Shown here: piece after piece, positions 12,800 to 25,078 of the stretch
How the letters are laid out: every line of letters begins with the position of its first letter
How positions within the stretch are numbered: the first letter of the stretch is position 1
Assembly (NCBI GenBank): GCA_951406725.2
Contig: OX597831.1
Coordinates: 61,690,001-61,754,000 of the forward strand
Length of the DNA: 64,000 nucleotides
Source of the DNA: Octopus vulgaris
Taxonomy: Eukaryota
Direction: 5' to 3'
Program-made: the position numbers and the translations under genes
The notes under the pieces: generated by a model
What the model was told of the DNA's origin: nothing
Seen by the model: the letters and a program-made list of their open reading frames with translations, nothing else
The model's database searches: none

Positions 12800-13183
12800 G
12801 TACAATTTTATTTTTTATTCTTGCTATTTGGAGGTTGAGTTTTAATTACCTTTTCCTTTTCATCAATAATAAAATAAAATAAAGTGAAAGAAGAAAAAGA
12901 AAAAAATTATATATTTTTATTCCTTAGATATTGTCAATTGATTTATAATTGTTTTCTTCTTTCAGATATCAAAGCTATGCAATACAGGTATAGCATATTG
13001 TTTGTTCTGTAGAGGCGTGGTCAACTGATGGTAAAATATAGGCTGATCAGATGACACAGAATTAATGTTACAGATTAGCTGCAGCTGTTGCTGTAGTAAA
13101 GAAAATATCAAAGGCATACCTTGGAGCAAAGTAATTTACACTGATAAAACTGTCACGTGACAAACATCATATATTATTTCACA

Positions 13184-13552
13184 GCTGGAGTGGCTGTATG
13201 GTAAGTAGCTTGCTTACCAATCACATGGTTCCGGGTTCAGTCCCACTGTGTGGCACCTTGGGCAAGGGTCTTCTACTATAGCCTCGGGCCGAACAAAGCC
13301 TTGTGAGTGGATTTGGTAGACGGAAACTGAAAGAAGCCCGTGGTATATATGTGTGTGTCTGTGTTTGTCCCCCAACCGATAGTGGTGTGTTAATGTCCCC
13401 GTAACCTAGCGGATCGACAAAAGAGACCAATAGAATAAGTACTAGGCTTACAAAGAATAAGTTCTGGGGTCGATTTGCTCGACTAAAGGCGGTGCTCCAG
13501 CATGGCCGCAGTCAAATAACTGAAACAAGTAAAAGAATAAAGAGTAAAGAGT
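13184..13552 (+). mobile_element. SINE family A, near full length
   Basis: A box TGGCTGTATGGT, B box GGGTTCAGTCCC, CORE-like CACCTTGGGCAAG, (AAAGAGT)n tail. Confidence 0.9.
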
Positions 13553-13580
13553 ATGTCATTTAAAAGCATATTACTCCTGT

Positions 13581-13929
13581 GAGGGCACATAGCTTAGTGG
13601 TTAGGGTGTTGGGTTTACAATCATGAGGTTGTGAGTTCGATTCCTGGACCAGGCTGTATGTTGTATTTTTGAGCAAGAAACTTTATTTCACATTGCTCCA
13701 GTTCACTCAGCTGTAGAAATGAGTTGTGGTATCATTGGTGCCAAGCTGTTTTTGCCTTTGCCTTTACTTTGGATAACATAAGTGGTGTGGAGAGAGGCTG
13801 CTATGAATGGGTGACTGCTGGTCTTCTACAAACAACCTTGCCTGGATTTGTACTTCGGAAGGGAACTTTCTAGGTGCAATCCCATGCTCATTCATGACTG
13901 AAAGGGCTCTTTACTCTTAACCTTAACTC
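13581..13929 (+). mobile_element. CORE-type SINE family C, full length
   Basis: tRNA head, CORE-like TTGAGCAAG..CTTTATTTCAC..CTCAGCTGTAGAAATGAG; TSD TTACTCCTGT at 13571-13580 and 13930-13939. Confidence 0.9.
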
Positions 13930-14084
13930 TTACTCCTGTAAATATGTCTGTTCTCTGTACATATCTATCTGTGTGTTTGGGCATTTGTGCATGCATTCTT
14001 GTGAATGTATCTTTGATTTAGCAAACTATGAGATTTCCATTAGTAAAAGTTTCACTGAGTCAAAAGGGTCACATAATAAATGTA

Positions 14085-14410
14085 ATAAATAAAAATGCTC
14101 CCTTTTAAAGTCTAGCCAAGCTCATGGGCCCGGTTTCCCAGTTTTTGTGGTGTATGTGTTCCCCAGCTGGATGGGAGGCCAGTCCATTGCAGCGTTACTC
14201 ACTTTTGCCAGCTGAGTGGACTGGAGCAACGTGAAATGAAGTGTTTTGCTCAAGAACACAACACGTTGCCAGGTCCAGGAATCGAAACCACAATCTTAGG
14301 ATCATGATGCTGAAACCCTAACCACTAAGGCACGTGCCTCCACAAATAAATGTGCCCTTTTAAAAGCCTAGCCAGGCTCATGGCTCCGGTTTCCCAGTTT
14401 CTATGGCGTA
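14085..14410 (-). mobile_element. SINE family C (alternative tail) plus tail of a second copy
   Basis: Full copy 14085-14343 adjoining a tail fragment 14344-14410. Confidence 0.85.
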
Positions 14411-14459
14411 TGGCGGGTAGCAATTGTTACCTTCAATGGCTGGCTGTTTGTTTGGCCAT

Positions 14460-15268
14460 GTATCTCAGTATGTGAGACCCTGTTCCTCTAGTGTAATTGA
14501 AGGAGTTGTTGAAGGCATTTGATCACCTTGATATGACTCCAGTAGGGCACCCAAGATTCGCATCAATACCAAGAAGACGGAAATTCTCCAACAGCCTTGT
14601 GCCCCTGACACCAACCCATGCTCCTTCCATGTTGAAGATGTGCCAATTGCTAATGATAACCAGTTCACATTCCTTGGCTCAGTCCTCAACAACACCCTCG
14701 ATCTGACAGATGATATTCTGGGCTGCATTCGTCTTGCCTCTGCTGTTGCTGTTGAGTTGTTGCTGTTGAGTGAACGGTCTTCATCCCAGAGCTCGCAAGA
14801 TGGGAGAAGTCCGAAATGTGGTCCTTTGCTATTTGTAAGACCCGCAGGAGAGAAAGCAGGTCAACACCCGACACCGAGTGTATCGACGGATGGATGAATG
14901 TGTATCCAGGCTCAGCGGTTGCATAGGAAGTCGGGGACAAGAAACAGGAAGAAAGAGTGAGAGAAAGTTGGAGTGAAAGAGTACAACAGGGGTCGCCACC
15001 AACCCCTGCCGGAGCCTCGTGGAGCTTTAGGTGTTTTCGCTCAATAAACACACACAACGCCCGGTATGGCAATTGAAACCACGACCCTCCAACTGCAAGT
15101 CCACTGCCCTAACCATTGTGCCATTGCGCCTCCTGCCTCTGCTGTGTATGGTCAGCAAAGTATTCATGTCCTTCTCAACAAAAACATCAACATTGAAACA
15201 AGAGTGGCTGTCTACAATGCTGTTTGGGTCTCAATCCTTCTATATGGCTGTGAATCTTGGGTGCCCTA
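14460..15268 (+). mobile_element. RTE/BovB-like RT fragment split by a SINE
   Basis: INTKKTEIL...FTFLGS...IRLASA / ASAVYG...VAVYNAVWVSILLYGCESW. Confidence 0.85.
14747..15133 (-). mobile_element. SINE family D with alternative tail
   Basis: Same head as 1009; TSD TGCCTCTGCTGT at 14735-14746 and 15134-15145; (CAA/CAG)n-like end. Confidence 0.9.
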
Positions 15269-15465
15269 TATACACACACATACACAAGTGACATATGTAA
15301 GATTATGTGGCAAAGAAGAGACAAACAAACAATACATGGAGTGAGAAAGCTTAGAAATATAAAAAGTGAAACAACTATGAAAGAAGTGTACAATAAAAAT
15401 GAATGAAGAAACATAAAAGAATGTAACATTTTATGCGATACATTTTATCAGAAAGAATAAAAGAC

Positions 15466-15692
15466 TTAATCCTTTAGCAGTTAAACTGGCCACATCCTGC
15501 CAAAATACTCTACCTGTTTTAATGTTCAAACTGGCTGTATCCGGCTTCTCACACCTACCCTAAAATATAATTCTAAAATATAACAGTTATCTCAACAAAA
15601 TCTCAAAGCTACAATACAATGCATGGTTAATCCAAAGCAATGTTATAAATATGTATTACTTTTGACAGAATAATATGAATGCTAAATGAATA
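15466..15692. mobile_element. piggyBac-type MITE family 2, diverged
   Basis: Reverse-complement homologue of 24347-25078 and 32376-32592; starts TTAATCCTTTAGCA. Confidence 0.65.
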
Positions 15693-16461
15693 AGAGAGGA
15701 AAGAGAAAAAGAAACACATATGTGATATCAAATTTATTATCTGATTACATGGCAGGTCTGGTGTAAAAGGGTAGCTGAAAAGCAGAATAGAAGTATTGGA
15801 AGTGGATGCATAGTCTGAGTCTCAGTGTGACTGCTTAGGGAGATAGAGATTGAGCAAGTGAGAAAGACGGAAAGAAAATACATGTGTGTATGTGTGTGTG
15901 TGTGTGTGTGTTCATGAATGTGCGTTTGTGTGCGTTAATCCACACATATATCCATACCCATTCTGAAAAATAAGGCCTAGGAATTCACTGCATATAGTTT
16001 TTGCATATTCATTGGTTTCCTTAATTATTTTCTACAGTAGACTCACTGCAGGGCTTTGCAAAATTTTCTATTGATGAGATTCCAGTTACAGGGAGAATCT
16101 TAACCAAAATTGTAATGAGTCATAATTGCTATTGTAAGGCCTCACTTCTGATGTTCAATTAATTCCTTTAATATATTGGTCTGATTGGCCCTTGGAAAAC
16201 TGAGACAACTTTTGAGGTTAAATGTGTGTTTACATATATGTGTACATGTGTGTGTGTGTGTGCATGTATATGTATATACACACACATATATGCATTCATA
16301 CATGTATATGTATATGTGTAAATCTATGTATATATATGTTCATTTATCCACCTGTTTCTCTCTCTCTCTATCTATCCATCCATCCATCCATCATCTATCT
16401 ATCTATCTGACCATCTGCCTGTCTATCTGTACACATACACACACTAATATATATATATATA

Positions 16462-16705
<244 letters not shown>

Positions 16706-16863
16706 GGGTTATAATCTCAACAGTGCATTATATACAATATAAATGTATATATATAAATATATAAATATACATAAATATGACCATATCACCATATATATGT
16801 TTCGTTGTTGTATTTGGTTTGCAAGATTTTTAATGTGAATTCGTTTGTTGAAGAATATTTTAA

Positions 16864-17192
16864 TGTGTCTGGGGAAAGTCATTCTGTTTTAATGCCTTAC
16901 TAATTAACACACCGGTTTCATTTCTACTCATTTATTTACTTATGTTTTCTAAAACTTTCATTGCTTCTCACAACCTCTTCAATAGTCATTGACTGTGTCC
17001 ATTATCAAAGCTGTGTTCTTCTTGTTTTAAAAAGGACACAGCTCTGATAATGGACAGAGTCAATGACTATTGAAGAAGTTGCAAGAAGCAACAAAAATTT
17101 TAGAAAAAATAACTAAATAAATGAGTGCAAATTGAGTCGGTGTGTGTGTTAATCAATTAGACATTAAAACAGAATGACTCTCCCCACACACA
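16864..17192. repeat. Imperfect inverted repeat of about 330 bp with a hammerhead motif in each arm
   Basis: Arms of about 160 bp centred near 17026; motifs at 16949-16985 (-) and 17067-17103 (+): CTA-TTGAAGA-RGTTGY..GCAAY-RAAA..TT-TAG. Confidence 0.85.
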
Positions 17193-17209
17193 ATAATATA
17201 TATATATAC

Positions 17210-19140
17210 TAGAAGAGATTAACTTTAAACTTGATAGTAAAATTTATTGTCAAATATAGGGCACAGCCATGGGAGTGAAATTTGAACCCTTTTATGCTAA
17301 CCAGGCTATGTGTTTCTTAAAAGAAAACCTTTATTGGGAAGTAGAGAAAACTTTTGACCAAAATTTCAAGAAATATATTACTGAAAAGTGGAAATGCTTC
17401 ATTGATGACTGTTTCTCTTTTTGGGAGAATTCAAATGATCTACAAATGAAAGAGAAGTGGATCTTTGCCTGTCTCTCATAACATCTATTAGAAGGGGAGG
17501 AATCAAAGTATACATCACAATGTATTTTAGAAGAAGGGGAGGGGAAAAAGTCTTTGTTGAAAAAAGAAGTATAGAAAGGATAGATAGATAGATAGATAGA
17601 TAAATAGGTAAGTAGGCAGGCAAGTAGGTAGGTAGGTTGTATTGTCACCATAGTAACTAAGAATTTTTGATTAAAAACGCAGGGATTTTAAGTGCAAGTA
17701 TGTCAATGCAACCCAACACAGCTTCAAAGAAGAAACTTTCACTGTATAACAATATAAATAGTTACTTTTTTGGTTGTGTGTATGTGCTCTGCATGTCTTT
17801 CAATATCGAGACAATACAACACATACTTTGAAGAAACCCTTTTACTATAATGAGAGGTTGTTATTGTGTGAGAAATTCAGTGAGAGGGAGAGTGTGTATG
17901 CATGAAAGATAGATAGATAGGTAGACTGTCATTACCATAGTAATTTACAAGCCTGTCACTATATAACAGGCTACCATTAAAAGAAGGTGCAAGAATGATT
18001 AACAAATATTTTTACTGACAGTGTTGAGAACCCCTTCGGTCATGATTGACCATGGAATTACACCTAAAAAGTTACCCTCCCAGGCAAAAGTGCAGGCAAG
18101 GTTGTTTATGGAAGACAAGCAGTCACCCATGCATACTGAACTGCCCTCTTCATGCCACCAGTTTTATCCAAGAGACGTCACAACTCATTTCTACAGCTGA
18201 GTGAACTGGAGCAACGTGAAATAAAGTGTCTTGCTCAAGAACACAACACGCAGCCCAGTCCGGGATTCAAAGTCACAACTTCACGATCGTAAGCTCGATG
18301 CTCTAACCACTGAGCCATGTGCCTTCACTGACAGTGTAACGACAGATAAAGACCTAGTATTCAAAAATATTTGAAACACTCTTCACCTATCTATCAAATT
18401 CATGACAGAAACCAATCATAATGACTTACTATTCTAGACATTCACATAAAAAATACTCCACACGAGATTCACAATGCATATATTTTGAAAAAAAACAGAC
18501 GTGCATTAATACTTGAATTTCTACTCATGCCATCCTTCACACATCTAAGGAACATTCCATTCATTAAGGCAAAACTTAGCTGCACAATAGTAGTTGATCT
18601 GAAAATACATCAAATCCATCTCAAGAAACTCAAGGACTTCACATAGGAAGGAAAAATATCTCCTAAAATTAATAAATGATGGAATTAAAAAAGCAATGCA
18701 GCTGGACACATACAGCTGAGGACACCAAAGAAAAGTATTGAAGAAAATGCTATTCCGTTTATCAATACACACAATCCAGAAGCAACCAACATTTTCCATG
18801 CAATAAAAACAAATCTACCAATCTCCTACAAAGTCTCAAATGAAAAGTCTGTTTGATGAAAGCCTCTCACAAAAACAGTAAAACATCAACCAAAAAAAAT
18901 CTTAAAAGACATCTCACAAGATAAAAGTTCACATCTGAGAATAATTCAGAATTCTCCTTGAAGGACTATGCTGATAACAGATGTAGAACATGCAACAACA
19001 AGAATAACTTCAAATGTTTCGACAGTGATTCCCATATGAAATTCAGAAGTTGATTCTCCTTAAAAATAAATGCAATTATAAACTCCCTCATACACTGCAT
19101 AACCTGCCCTAATTACAAGGAAAATTATATTAGCCAAACC
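17210..19140 (+). mobile_element. Decayed Penelope-like element (RT + GIY-YIG)
   Basis: YCQI*GTAMG.KFEPFYAN, WKCFIDDCF, IKFMTE, YLNFYSCHP, and LIHCITCP..KENYISQT; interrupted by insertions. Confidence 0.85.
18025..18326 (-). mobile_element. CORE-type SINE family C
   Basis: TSD ACTGACAGTGT at 18014-18024 and 18327-18337. Confidence 0.9.
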
Positions 19141-19771
19141 AACAATTGCACTTGCCTTTTTTTCTTCCTCTCTTTCTTTTTCCCTTTTTCCTTTCATTTC
19201 TTTTCTCTTTCTTTCTTGCTCTCTTTCTTTTTTTCTTTTGCCTTTCTGCTCCTCTTCTTTTACATTCTTCCTCTATCCAAGACTTCGGAAATTCGCTACA
19301 CCCATGCACTTTAACACACATATGCATACACAGAGAGAAAGAGAGATAGATTGCCTTCAGAATAACAAAATTGACATCTCAAAACATCATTAACTTCAAA
19401 CACCTGTGGAAAATGACCATAAAAATATAATAAAAGCCATCTCTGAAAAAGGAAAAAGGACCCACTCTCTCTCTCTCTCTCTCTTGTTCCTTTCTCTCCC
19501 CTCTCTCTATATATACATCTATCTTTCTTCTTTCTTTTTCTTCCCCTCTTTTCTTGTTTCTGCTTTCCAGTTTTTTTCTCTTTCTTTCCTCCTTTCCTCT
19601 TGTTCTGTCTCCCACTAGCTGAACTTCCAAGGGTCTACCACACACACATGCATATGTACACACATAGGTATGTACACATATATATGCACTCATACACACA
19701 CACACACACAGATAAAAAAAAAATTCTCTTGCAGATTTATATAAAAGGCAGACTATATTCTGTTAAAACCA

Positions 19772-19810
19772 TATCTGATGAGTCTCAAAAATAAGATGAA
19801 AGCACTAATA
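19772..19810 (+). ncRNA. Minimal type I hammerhead ribozyme (PLE terminal repeat, copy 1)
   Basis: TAT-CTGATGA-GTCTCA AAAA TAAGAT-GAAA-GCAC-TA-ATA. Confidence 0.6.
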
Positions 19811-19848
19811 AATAATTATCAAAAATTCTGACTACCCATTTTTCTTTG

Positions 19849-19898
<50 letters not shown>

Positions 19899-19942
19899 AA
19901 TATATATCTATCTATCTATCTTTTGTTTTTTACGTAAACTTT

Positions 19943-19994
<52 letters not shown>

Positions 19995-20076
19995 GTGGAT
20001 TTTTGCCTTAATATATATATGTATGCATAATACTTATATATATTCCATATATTTTATATATTTTCTGTAAAAATCA

Positions 20077-20119
20077 TATCAGACGAGTCTGCAAAGTGAC
20101 TGAGATGAAAGCGCTAATA
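20077..20119 (+). ncRNA. Minimal type I hammerhead ribozyme (copy 2)
   Basis: TAT-CAGACGA-GTCT...AGAT-GAAA-GCGC-TA-ATA; palindromic stem III AGCGCU; same flanks as copy 1. Confidence 0.55.
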
Positions 20120-20170
20120 AATAATTATCAAAAATTCTGACAACTGCCTTTGTCTTTATATATATACATA

Positions 20171-20231
<61 letters not shown>

Positions 20232-21054
20232 CTCTGTGTGTGTGTGTGTACATAAATACTTATATATATTTCTATATATATGCATATGCGAATACACACA
20301 CATGCACATGTACACACACACACACACAAATGGTGCATCAGCTATTAGAGAACAAAATCTGAATTTGAGGGAAACATAAATTATTCATTCAAATAGCAAA
20401 TGTATTTTTATAGAATTTGGTACATATATTCTTACACATGCATAGCAAAAGGCTGTCTAATAAAGCTGGCATCAGCCTAGAATTTTACCTCAATATGGCT
20501 TATGATATGACTAAATGCATTGCTCAGGTAAACATCATTTTATGGCTTAGGTTAATTGAGTGTCAATATAGTCGCATGATGTTAGGGTACACGATGTCCC
20601 ATTATAAAATCAACTCCAAAATTGTTCAAATATTATTTTTACAGAAATATTTTAATATCTACATAATCGCACATGGTCTTGCTATGGGTGAACTGTGGCA
20701 TGCTAGAAGCAAATGTATTTCATATTTTCATTAATAGCAGGAAAGAATGGCTTCGTGTGAGAGGTAGGAAAATACTCTGTCCTTCATGGTCAATGCTTCC
20801 TGTAACCTGGAATTGAGCCAAAATTAAAGAAACTTGTCACTTTTAAGGGCTTTACTACCTGTGTCCACCTGTGTGTGGCTTGCTTTGTTTCTCTTTGCCT
20901 CTTTGGCTCTGTTTCTCTACCTCTCTGCTGTGCTTGGCCAGGTTGTTGCTTGTATGACCCCTTTTTATGTGGGAGCCTCTGGAATATGTTAGAACTTTCT
21001 GTAATATGAGGTGATATTTCTGCAAGCTAAGGTGGCAAGCTGGTGGAGATTTTA

Positions 21055-21410
21055 AGATGCTGGACAAGATGCTTAGCAACATTTTGTCTATTGTTCCTTT
21101 CTGAGTTCCAGTTCTACCAAGGTTGACTTCACTTTTTATCCTTTCAGGGTTGATGAAATGAGTACCAGTTGAACACTGGGGTTGATGTAATTGACTATCG
21201 CCGTTTCCAAGGATTTCAGGCTTTGTGCCTATAGCAGAAAGTATAACATTTTGTCTATCGTTCCTTTCTGAGTTCCAGTTCCACCAAGGTTGACTTCACC
21301 TTTTATCATTTCAGGGTTGATAAAATAAGTCCCAGTTGAGCACTGTGGCTGATATAATTGACTATCCCCGTCTCCAAGGATTTCAGGCTTTGTGCCTATA
21401 GCAGAAAAGG
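21055..21410 (+). mobile_element. SINE family B, diverged, tandem duplication of about 168 bp
   Basis: AACATTTTGTCTAT...GCCTATAGCAGAAA present twice. Confidence 0.75.
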
Positions 21411-21720
21411 ATATTCCTGCAAGCTTATTGGTTGATATTCAGAGCACATCATCTGATCTAAGTATGGTCCGATACTACTTACTAAAGCTGTAAGGCTTTG
21501 ATTCTAGGCTATGCTGCATTGTTCTCTCTTTTGTGTGTTTGAGAGCAAAAGCAAATATTAATAACCCTATTGTAGCAAAAACCAGTTAACAATATGACCA
21601 CATAGCAAATAATTGACAAGCAAATTAGAAAAAGAATGCAAGTGAAAATGTAAATTATTAACAGTGAAAGAAATAAAATATTAAATCTTAGAGCGAGTTA
21701 TAAACAGTAGCTGCAACACA

Positions 21721-22021
21721 TTGCGACGTATATTTGCCATTTAAATATGGCTAACCCCTAAGAGTGGATGCTACTGTAGTTTGTAGCCCCAGGAGGACAC
21801 CTCCTCCAGCTGGCTTTAGACACAATTGTCACACGCCAATGATGGGTCAATACCCAGAAACTAGAGTCCGTGTGTATCGTAAGTTGAAGATGGGAAGGAT
21901 GGCTTCCCTTTGCAAATACTGTCTAAAACCAGCTGGAGGAGGTGTGCTCCTGGGGCTACAAACTACAGTAGCATCCACCCTTAGGGGTTAGCCATATTTA
22001 AATGGCAAATATACGTCACAA
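21721..22021. mobile_element. Fold-back element: arms of about 100 bp with a hammerhead in the spacer
   Basis: TTGCGACGTATATTTGCC...TTTAGACA / TGTCTAAAA...GGCAAATATACGTCACAA; direct repeat AAATAAAATATT at 21671-21682 and 22020-22031. Confidence 0.85.
21830..21874 (+). ncRNA. Type I hammerhead ribozyme motif, variant core
   Basis: CACACG-CCAATGA-TGGGT CAAT ACCCA-GAAA-CTAGAG-TC-CGTGTG; all three stems pair; core is CCAAUGA rather than CUGAUGA. Confidence 0.7.
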
Positions 22022-22652
22022 ATAAAATATTGTTCATATCTAAAGTCACTGTGTGCAAAAGTGTGTTGATAAACAAAACACATGTAATAAAAGAGAAAAG
22101 AAAAATTCCTGTATGTATTACTTAAAGAATTGTGTGGTGTATGTATTTTGTTTGTGTTGAAGGAAATGGAGACACCGTATGTACCAAGCCAATGAAACTT
22201 ATGTTTATAATCGACATGACAGAAACAAGATCCTATAGGAGAAAGTAGCTGGTTAGAAACAAGGCACAGAAAAACATTGTTAATATATCTTCTGTGTGAG
22301 AGTGTTAAGAAAACATGGAAAATGTGTAATTAGATGCACGTGCACGTTATTTACATTAACAAGAAAAATGCAACAAAATTTAGATAGGTGCAAACATTTA
22401 AAAAAATAGAAAGTGAAAGCCATTAAAGAAAATAGTGATATAGATGCATAGATGGTGTATAAATGACTAGAAGTATAGAACACCATTGCAATATACAAGT
22501 ATGCAACTATCTGCAAATGAGTTCTGCAGAAAATATGCTTTAACTTGGATGTGTCTGTTGTAAGGATATAACTATACTTGTAAATCACTGGTTGGAACAA
22601 ATTTTTTGTTTCTGAACAATAACGAAATGGAATGTATTATAAAAAAAAAACA

Positions 22653-23066
22653 GGCGCAGGAGTGGCTGTGTGGTAAGAAGCTTGTTTACCAACCACATGG
22701 TTCCACGTTCAGTCCCACTGCATGGCACCTTGGGCAAGTGTCTAATACTATAGGCTCAGGCCGACCAAAGCTTTGTGAGTGGATTTGGTAGACGGAAACT
22801 GAAAGAAGCCCGTCGTATATGTATATATATATATATATATGCATGTGTGTGTTTGTGTGTCTGTATTTGCCCCCCTAGCATTGCTTGACAACCGATGCTG
22901 GTGTGTTTATGTCCCCATTACTTAGCGGTTCAGCAAAAGAAACTGATAGAATAAGTACTGGACTTACAAAAGAATAAGTCCCGGGGTCGAGTTGCTTGAT
23001 TAAAGGTGGTGCTCCAGCATGGCCGCAGTCAAATGACTGAAACAAGTAAAAGAGTAAAGAGTAAGA
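22653..23066 (+). mobile_element. SINE family A, full length
   Basis: GGCGCAGGAGTGGCTGTGTGG head, internal TA/TG tract, AAAGAGT tail. Confidence 0.9.
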
Positions 23067-23889
23067 GTATTCTAAAAGAGAGTTCTAGAAAAGCTCTTTT
23101 GCAAAGTTTATGTGTGAAACAGTTGTTGATGTCAGCATTGAGTTGATAAAATCAATGGTTGCCAATATGATTTGCACTGACGAGTATTTTTAATATCATA
23201 GTCTCCTGTGTAAATGCTTGTTCTGTAGTCAGTAAAGTGGAAGCTGTGTAGTTAAGTGTCTGTGTCATCAGAGTAGAACATATAGTTGCTGGCCTTCCTC
23301 TGTCATTGAAAGTCAACAGTGTTTATAGCTTGATTGAATGTTGGGTTACCATTTTTTGGTGAGGATAGATGAAACATCCAGGTTACCATAGTTGATAAAA
23401 TGCTGGATTTTAGAATTAGTTTGTAGAAGTTGAATTTTGTGGGTCCCCAATGAAGAGAGATGTTAAATGGGTGTCAATATATTGGTATGATGTTAGGCTG
23501 TGAGATGTCCCATAATAAAACCAACTCCAAGGTAGTTTAAATAACATTTTTTTTTTACAGGAGTATATCAGTACTTAGATAATTACATTGTGGCTTGCCA
23601 TGGGTGTATTGTGGTGTTCTCAGTGCAAATGTAGTTCTTAGTTACATTAATAGAAGAAAAGTGAAAGGCAGGAAAAATACTCTGTTCTTCAGAGCTGACA
23701 ATTCCTTTAACCTGGGGCCGAGCTGTCACCAAAGAAATTTGTCTGCTTAAAGGGCTTATCTGTCCACTTGTGTCTCTCTCTAACTCTTTGCTTTTCTGCA
23801 TCTCTGCTATGCTTACCTGTGTTGCTGCTTATATAATCTCTTTTTTATGTATATATATAATCTCTTTTTATTATCTCCCTTTAAGTCAG

Positions 23890-24307
23890 TACTAAAAGAA
23901 AAACAACCATCTTTGGCTTCAACATGAAAGGCATTCTTCCATCAATCACATACAGCGAGGTTGACATTTTAGAGGCTGGAGAAGTTTGAAAGGTAAATGA
24001 TGCCCTACCCAACTTATTTGCCAGACAATGCCCCATCTGATACTTATTTATTCCACAGTCTTCAAAATCATTTGGATGGAAAAATCATGAATTCTATAGA
24101 TGAAATCAGAACAGTACTGGAGGAGTATTTTTCATCAAGGACAAGTAAATTTTGGAAGTGGGGCCTGGCAAGTCTACCAGATAGATGGAAGTGCATTGAA
24201 GAAAATGAAGGAGAGTATATTTTAGATTGAAAAGAACTTGTTTATCTTAATTTTGAAAAATAAAAGAAGTATAAAAAAAACTGTGTTAATTATAGGATGA
24301 CCCAATA
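23890..24307 (+). mobile_element. mariner transposase 3' fragment with right TIR
   Basis: YPTYLPDNAPSDTYLFHSLQNHL...LPDRWKCIEENEGEYI; ends GATGACCCAATA. Confidence 0.85.
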
Positions 24308-24346
24308 TCAATACACCAAATTTCTCTTCCATTGCCTATTCTTTAA

Positions 24347-25078
24347 CCCTTTAATATTCAGATTATTCTGTTTAATATTAAACTTATTAATTCATATTGT
24401 TTTGGATTAATGAAGCATTATCTTCATTATTTACATTATTTATATTTGATGGATATTTGTCCTCATCTTGTTTGTTGTTAACACGTTTCAGGTGTCTTGG
24501 GGAAATTTTGAACCTGGGTTCTCATTCTTAAGGTATTTTTTTGATGTTATTATTATTAAAGTCACTGCCTAGAATTGAACTCGGAATCAGTAGCCTGTGC
24601 TTTTAACCACTACGCCACATGCCCATGGGCAATTATGGAGTGAATTTTAGGGTTTATAAATCTAATATTCTCCTATCCTTCCTTAATACCGGTTTACATA
24701 TGCTGTTCATATCTGCACTCGGTCTGCTTAGGAGGTTGTTGTGTCCTAGCATATGTGCTGCTTCTTTAAGTTTCCATATTTTCCAGTGGTGTTCTCTGTC
24801 TATTATTTTAACTTCATCCCACAGGGGGTGGTGGTCTCCATTTTTCTATACATGATCATGTATAAATACAAATATAAATAATGTAAATAATGTACATAGT
24901 TCCTCATCTCTTAAATATAGAACTGAAGCATTATCTTGTTGCTTTGAGATTTTGATGTTGTGACTGTTCATTTTTAGAATGACATTGTAGGAAAGGTAGT
25001 AGAGGCCAGATCTTGCCTGTTTGAACATAGAACATGTGGAATAATTTGGCTGAATATGGCCAGTTTAAACACTAAGGG
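24347..25078. mobile_element. piggyBac-type MITE family 2, interrupted
   Basis: TTAA-CCCTTTAATATTC ... AAACACTAAGGG-TTAA; contains a 499-bp insertion. Confidence 0.75.
24425..24923 (-). mobile_element. Composite retro-insertion with tRNA-like segment and inverted end
   Basis: 14-bp TSD TGAAGCATTATCTT (24411-24424, 24924-24937); tRNA-like A/B boxes at 24562-24624 (-); inverted copy of CATTATTTACATTATTTATATTTG (24425-24448 vs 24867-24890). Confidence 0.75.

Noticed and set aside
23225-23280. Minus-strand CTGATGA as a hammerhead
   Set aside because: No GAAA or closing stems found
20560-23620. Similar segments at about 20560-20690 and 23470-23605 as a duplicated host exon
   Set aside because: Both contain stops and look like decayed copies of one retroelement family
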